Made by a program: the position numbers and the translations under genes | Shown here: piece after piece, positions 33,061-64,000 of the stretch | How the letters are laid out: every line of letters begins with the position of its first letter | How positions within the stretch are numbered: position 1 is the stretch's first letter | Origin: the human T2T-CHM13v2.0 reference genome, Homo sapiens | Strand: one strand, 5' to 3' | Assembly (NCBI RefSeq): GCF_009914755.1 | Contig: NC_060929.1 | Length of the DNA stretch: 64,000 nucleotides | The notes under the pieces: generated by a model | The model's database searches: none | The model's input: the letters and a program-made list of their open reading frames with translations, nothing else | Told to the model about the DNA's origin: nothing

Positions 33061-33591
33061 GTGAGAGCATGGTCCAGTTAGGCAGGAGAGGACAGGATCA
33101 GATGGGCAGTGGAGGCACAGCGATGATATGTCCATTGTGGTTTAGATGCCAATAGGCCGTTACATTCATCCTGGGAAAAAGAGGGCCATTCTCTCCTGAT
33201 TGCTTTTGTTTTTTAGTGAGATCATCAATTGAGAGCAAGTAGGGGTGGAAGGGAAGAGTGTTGGAGACCTGGGGAGATAAGAGAAGGAGTGGAATAGTCA
33301 TTTTGGAGACTAAGATAGTGAAAAAACTTGAGAAACGTGGCTGGTTGCTAAGCAGTTCTCAGTGTCACTACAGATTTGGGGTCAAACATTTAAAGTGAAC
33401 ATTTTGTATGTTTTTTTTTCTGCTGTGTTCCGCTGCTGTGCACAAGCTGGAGTAGATGCAGAGTTGGGCTTAACAAGGACTGAACTTTTGCTAAATGAAT
33501 GCAATGGAGGAACAGAGGGACAAGGGAAAAAAGGGAGGGACAGAAACGCTGGCCCTTGGAGTCTCGGCAGGGTAGGGAAGTACAGTTGTGA

Positions 33592-41305
<7,714 letters not shown>

Positions 41306-41429
41306 CTCCTCAGTTCAGTTCTTTTCTTCCTTTATTCAAACTGTTCTTCTCCTTTCCATGCCCCATCTCACACTATCCTGCCCCTTCTGTTCACATCCCA
41401 CCTATTTCTAGAAAGTTTTTCTTGATTTT

Positions 41430-42266
<837 letters not shown>

Positions 42267-42271
42267 AACCA

Positions 42272-43012
42272 TGGTGAGAATAGTGTTAACGTCATTAGGG
42301 TGAGAAGAAAGAGAAATAAGCCGAGGATGTCTTTGATTGTGTAGTAGGGGTGGAAGGTGATTTTGTCGGAATGGGAGGTGATTCCTAGGGGGTTGTTTGA
42401 TCCTGTTTCGTGTAGGAATAGAAGGTGGAGCGCTGCTAGGGCTGTGATAATGAAGGGCAAGATAAAGTGAAAGGTAAAGAACCGTGTGAGGGTGGGACTA
42501 TCTACTGAGTAGCCTCCTCAGATTCATTGGACCAGATCTGTTCCGATGTATGGGACGGCGGATAGCAGGTTTGTAATTACTGTGGCCCCTCAGAAGGATA
42601 TTTGGCCTCATGGGAGGACATAGCCCATGAAGGCTGTTGCTATAGTTGTAAGTAGGAGGATGATGCCAATGTTTCAGGTTTCTAGGTAAAGAAATGAGCC
42701 GTAATATAGGCCTCGGCCGATGTGTAGGAAGAGGCAGATGAAGAATATTGAGGCGCCATTGGCGTGAAGGTAGCGGATGATTCAGCCATAATTTACGTCT
42801 CGGGTGATATGGGCGATCGATGAGAAGGCGGTTGAAGCGTCTGGTGAGTAGTGTATGGCTAGGAATAGTCCTGTGGTGATTTGGAGGATTAGGCAGGCAC
42901 CAAGAAGTGAGCCGAAGTTTCATCATGCGGAGATATTGGATGGGGTGGGGAGGTCGATAAATGAGCGGTTAATTAATTTTATCAAGGGGTTAATTTTGCG
43001 TATTGGGGTCAT
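42272..43012 (-). pseudogene. MTCYBP18: MT-CYB pseudogene, codons 1-247, open in the mitochondrial code
   Basis: ATG ACC CCA ATA CGC AAA...TTC TCA CCA, truncated at the junction. Symbol from memory of the locus. Confidence 0.93.
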
Positions 43013-43016
43013 TAGT

Positions 43017-45422
<2,406 letters not shown>

Positions 45423-45493
45423 TACTTTTATTTGGAGTTGCACCAAAATTTTTGGGGCCTAAGACCAACGGATGGCTGTTATCCTTTAAAAGT
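45423..45493 (-). tRNA. Nuclear copy of mt-tRNA-Leu(CUN) (pseudo)
   Basis: ACTTTTAAAGGATAACAGCC...TAG anticodon...AATAAAAGTA. Confidence 0.93.
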
Positions 45494-46992
<1,499 letters not shown>

Positions 46993-46999
<7 letters not shown>

Positions 47000-47289
47000 T
47001 GGAGTAGGCTTAGGTTATGTACGTAGTCTAGGCCATACGTGTTGGAGATTGAGACTAGTAGGGCTAGGCCTACTGCTGCCTTGCAGGCAGCAAAGACTAG
47101 TATGGCGATAGGTACAATATTGGCTAAGAGGGAGTGGGTGTTGAGGGTTATGAGAGTGGCTATAATGAATAGTGATAGTATTATTCCTTCTAGGCATAGT
47201 AGGGAGGATATCAGGTGTGAGCGATATACTAGTATTCCTAGAAGTGAGATGGTAAATTCTAGTATAATATTTATGTAAATGAGAGGCAT
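46993..47289 (-). pseudogene. MTND4LP30: MT-ND4L pseudogene, full length, 98 codons
   Basis: ATG CCT CTC ATT TAC...CAA TGC TAA, overlapping ND4 by 7 nt. Carries A11E and E70K relative to recalled human ND4L. Confidence 0.93.
47002..47075 (+). ncRNA. MIR4461: MIR4461-annotated hairpin (NUMT-derived; status as a real nuclear miRNA doubtful)
   Basis: Contains the recalled mature sequence GATTGAGACTAGTAGGGCTAGGC (47047-69). Stem AGTAGGCTTAG / CTAGGCCTACT. Confidence 0.6.
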
Positions 47290-47354
47290 TTGGTAAATAT
47301 GATTATCATAATTTAATGAGTCGAAATCATTCGTTTTGTTTGAACTATATACCA
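47290..47354 (-). tRNA. Nuclear copy of mt-tRNA-Arg (pseudo)
   Basis: TGGTATATAGTTCAAAC...TCG anticodon...TTTACCAA. Confidence 0.93.
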
Positions 47355-47490
47355 ATTCGGCTCAGTCTAACCCTTTTTATAATCATTCGTAGGCCAGACT
47401 TAGGGCTAGGATGATGATTAATAAGAGGGACGATGTGACTATTAGTGGTAAGTTAGTTGTTTGTAGGGCTCATGGCAAGGGTAAAAGGAG
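47355..47490 (-). pseudogene. MTND3P25: MT-ND3 3' fragment with nonsense TAA at codon 108 (47377-47379)
   Basis: CTC CTT TTA CCC TTG CCA TGA...GAA TGA TTA TAA AAA GGG TTA GAC TGA GCC GAA T. Confidence 0.9.
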
Positions 47491-48530
<1,040 letters not shown>

Positions 48531-48667
48531 GAGATCTTATGCTTTATACAGACCTGGTAGTCTCAGACATTAGTCTGTTGTCTTTTCTTTCCATTTAGAA
48601 TTCATTCCTAGACTTATACTTGTTTGTGGTGTTCTTTCAGACTTATTTTTTAAATTAAAAACATTGT

Positions 48668-52497
<3,830 letters not shown>

Positions 52498-52599
52498 TTA
52501 CCACACGATTTTGAATGGTGGGAGATATATAAATTATTCCATTGAACAAAAAAGCCATATTTAATTTAGCCAATCCCTTTCTACGGTAACCATCCTCAC

Positions 52600-61113
<8,514 letters not shown>

Positions 61114-64000
61114 GATTGTAGGAAACTTATTTTTGCTAAAATTTACTTTTAAGTAAAAGAAAAAAAAAATGGAAAAAGTATAATCTGACATCAGGGATTT
61201 GTACCTAAAGATGCACACATGGAGGCTTTGGAGCTGGACATAGGGGACTTGAATTTGCATCCCAGCCTCACTTTTTATGAGGTGCGTGACTTTGGGCAAG
61301 TGATTTAACCCCTCAGAGCCTCAGTTCTCTTCTCTGTAAAATAGGAATGATAAACCTGTTCACAGGGCTGCAGTAAGTACCTGGTCCAGAGTAGTTATTT
61401 TATAAATGCTCATTATATTTTCCCCTCCTCTTCTTCATCCTAGAACTGAATGATGAGAATCAGTGGTCAGAGTAATGACTCTGAGATACACTCAGATCCA
61501 TAGTCAGCAAGAATCAAGTTATGTTCAGAAGGTACTACTTGATCAGAAAAGAGGCTATTCAGGTATTGCCATTGAGATGATGAAAATAAAAAAGTAATTT
61601 ATGATTAATACCAAAATAGAAGGTAATCAGAGATATCCTGTTCCTTGTGTATACTAGATGATAATATTATTAGTTTTAAATTTGAACATTACTGTGTATG
61701 TGAGGGCACTGTGCTGTGTGATTGGTTCATATCATCTCATCTTACCTAGATGGGAAATGCAGCCCAGCCAAGTCATACAGCCTGCTTAAGGTCTGGGTTG
61801 AGAGCCCAGGTTTTGGATTCCTGGTCTGATGCTCTTTCCATCATATTGCATTGTTTCTGATAAAGTAAATGTATTTTTAAAATGTCTTATTCCTTTGCAA
61901 ATCAAATACATAAATAAAGTAACTATCATTTATTAATTTCCTTATTGATGGACATTTAGAGTCTTTCTCATGGTTTTAGTACGGTCAGTTCTGTAACAAG
62001 CATCCTATGTCTCCTTGTGCATAAGTGTAAGAGTTTCCATACAGCATAAATCTAGAAATGGAATTGCTGGGATAACTTCTGGTACATGGATTAATAAAAA
62101 TGAAAAACCAGGATTATGAGAAGGTCTGGGCTTGATGACATTCACATTATAGCCCAGGGACAGGCTGTTTGTCATCAGAAAACCCCTTCCATTCATGAGG
62201 CCATAGAAATCCATGGTGACCGAAGCACTTGTGACTTCGGAGCAGTGTGATCTGATTTTGAAGTGGTTTTGAAAACTGGGGACGGTATACATAAGGTGCA
62301 AAGATCACGGAAACATGAATTAGCAAGTGGGGCCTCAGTCTAGGTTACGAGTGCTTTAGGACAAAAAATAATCACTTTTAAGGAAAAGTCACTGTTGATA
62401 GCACTCAGAATGCCACCAGTATTGCAGATTTGTAATCTATTACTTTAAACTTTTACAAATGCTCATGGTGTAAAGTTCAGACCCAAGTTACTGAATGTCT
62501 GTTGCCTGAAAAGGATACTTCAAAATTATATTTTCCCTTTAATTTCCTGAATCAAAAGGCTCCAGGTTGTGACAGAAATGTCACTACTTGCTGTCTCCAT
62601 TCCTGTACAGAGACTCACAAGAGACTGAAAAATGGTGTTGGTCAAGTTGTCTTGGGTTCTGTGCCTTCTGGGACCGGTAGGAATGCAGTGTGGACTGCAG
62701 TGGAGCTGGGGTTGGGGAGCAAATGCCTGGTCTGCTAGTACTGTCTCATCCACTTGTGTTTTAGTAATCTCATTGCTTTCAGTGGAGGGATCCTATTTTA
62801 CACTGATCTTTATGAGCAAAGATAATTATATATATTTGCCTGGGTAAGCAAATTAATAAACTTGTAACAAAGTGTATCAGACCATTTCTTTGGCAAGACC
62901 TACTAGAACAGTTTGTGAAGCAGAGCTGCTTCCAATGGAGCATGAAAAGCTTTGAAAATTCTCAGCAACAGCAGAAAGCAACATTTGAAACCACCCTTAA
63001 AAAATTGTTTTCCTCTTCCCCAACCAAGTTTATAAAAATTTGGTCAGACAGGCGTTTTGTTTTGATTTAAAATATTTTCAGTGAATTGTTATCTGCCGAA
63101 TGCACATGTGTTCCTGCACTTTTTCTTTCATGATTGAAACTTTAAACCCTTCCCTTAAGTTCCCCTAAAAACCTCCCTGTGCCTAGTAAGGTTTTGCATG
63201 TGTGAGGAGGGTGAAGGTATTTGGACCTTGGAGAAACTTTGCAATTTGAAATCTGCCTATGCAGTTGTACACCAGAAATGAACATGGTCAATGCCATATT
63301 GTGCTCTTTGTCTTTTTCTTCTACCAAGATTCCTCACCCCTAGGAGACGTTGGTTAATATAGGCATTTCGGTTTGGTTAATCTGATCATGAGTGCCCGTG
63401 AGCATGGCATGAGGCATGATTGAAGCAGTTATAAAAATTTGGCTCAGAGTTAAGCCCTATAATTTGTTTTAAAGAATTACCTCTTCAGTGACATTAAAAA
63501 AAAAAACACAACAACCCAAAAACAACAACCAAAAGACTGTGGTTTATAACACCACACCTGGTCCAGATTGTACTGGATGAATCCATATTTGCTTTGCCAT
63601 AAATGATTTTGAGGGTGGAATTCTTGGACTGTTTTCTATCTTATAAACCCTTGACATTGTACTGGTACCTGTATGCTCACAAACCTCCTGACATGGGAAA
63701 GACCGGCTCAGCCTCCCACTGAAATGTAGGTTGGCTGCATTTATTCTGCATGTTCCTAGAATGAGGAAATGATATGACAATAAACAGAAATGCCCTTGCT
63801 GAAGAGAGAAGGGAAGCTGGTGTTTATCTGGTCAGGTGGTTTAGATTAGCTGTGATGCAGCTTTGTATTATGTTACTTTAAATCATTGTGTCCCAACAGG
63901 ACATAAATTATGAAGATTGTTACAGTATGTTTCATCCTATGTAAGATCAACAAATTGGAATAATTTTTTATAGGAAAATCACAGTGCTTTTGGCAAGGCT

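Noticed and set aside
47290-47355. 22-aa N-terminal extension of ND4L in the ORF track (120 aa)
   Set aside because: Starts at TTG and simply reads through the tRNA-Arg copy. The real ATG is at 47289.

Overview
Human (hominid) genomic DNA. The gene content identifies it as the 5q31.1 TXNDC15-PCBD2 locus. It holds TXNDC15 exons 2-5 and 3'UTR (+), the PCBD2 CpG-island promoter and exons 1-2 (+), and then PCBD2 intron 2 to the end of the window. The intron carries a 5,219-bp NUMT (42272-47490, minus orientation), colinear with mtDNA ~10269-15487: partial ND3, tRNA-Arg, ND4L, ND4, tRNA-His/Ser/Leu, ND5, ND6, tRNA-Glu and partial CYTB. Mobile DNA includes an antisense SVA with TSD, a near full-length Tigger1, about 50 Alus, and L1/L2/MIR/LTR remnants. 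The most notable unexplained structures are: (1) a fold-back templated junction and apparent ~0.5-kb target deletion at the NUMT; (2) ancestral mtDNA states in the NUMT, including altered versions of the MTALTND4, SHMOOSE and CYTB-187AA alt-ORFs; (3) a pre-Alu, non-repeat ~160-bp inverted repeat just upstream of PCBD2 exon 2; (4) a 7-kb Alu-free block rich in Hox/Pbx/Pitx motifs, probably the PITX1 PelB-type hindlimb enhancer; (5) inverted Alus in the TXNDC15 3'UTR; (6) a U12-like TXNDC15 intron. Comparisons with human and ape mtDNA, repeat consensi and gene symbols are from memory and need database confirmation. Most ORF-track entries are Alu/SVA artefacts.
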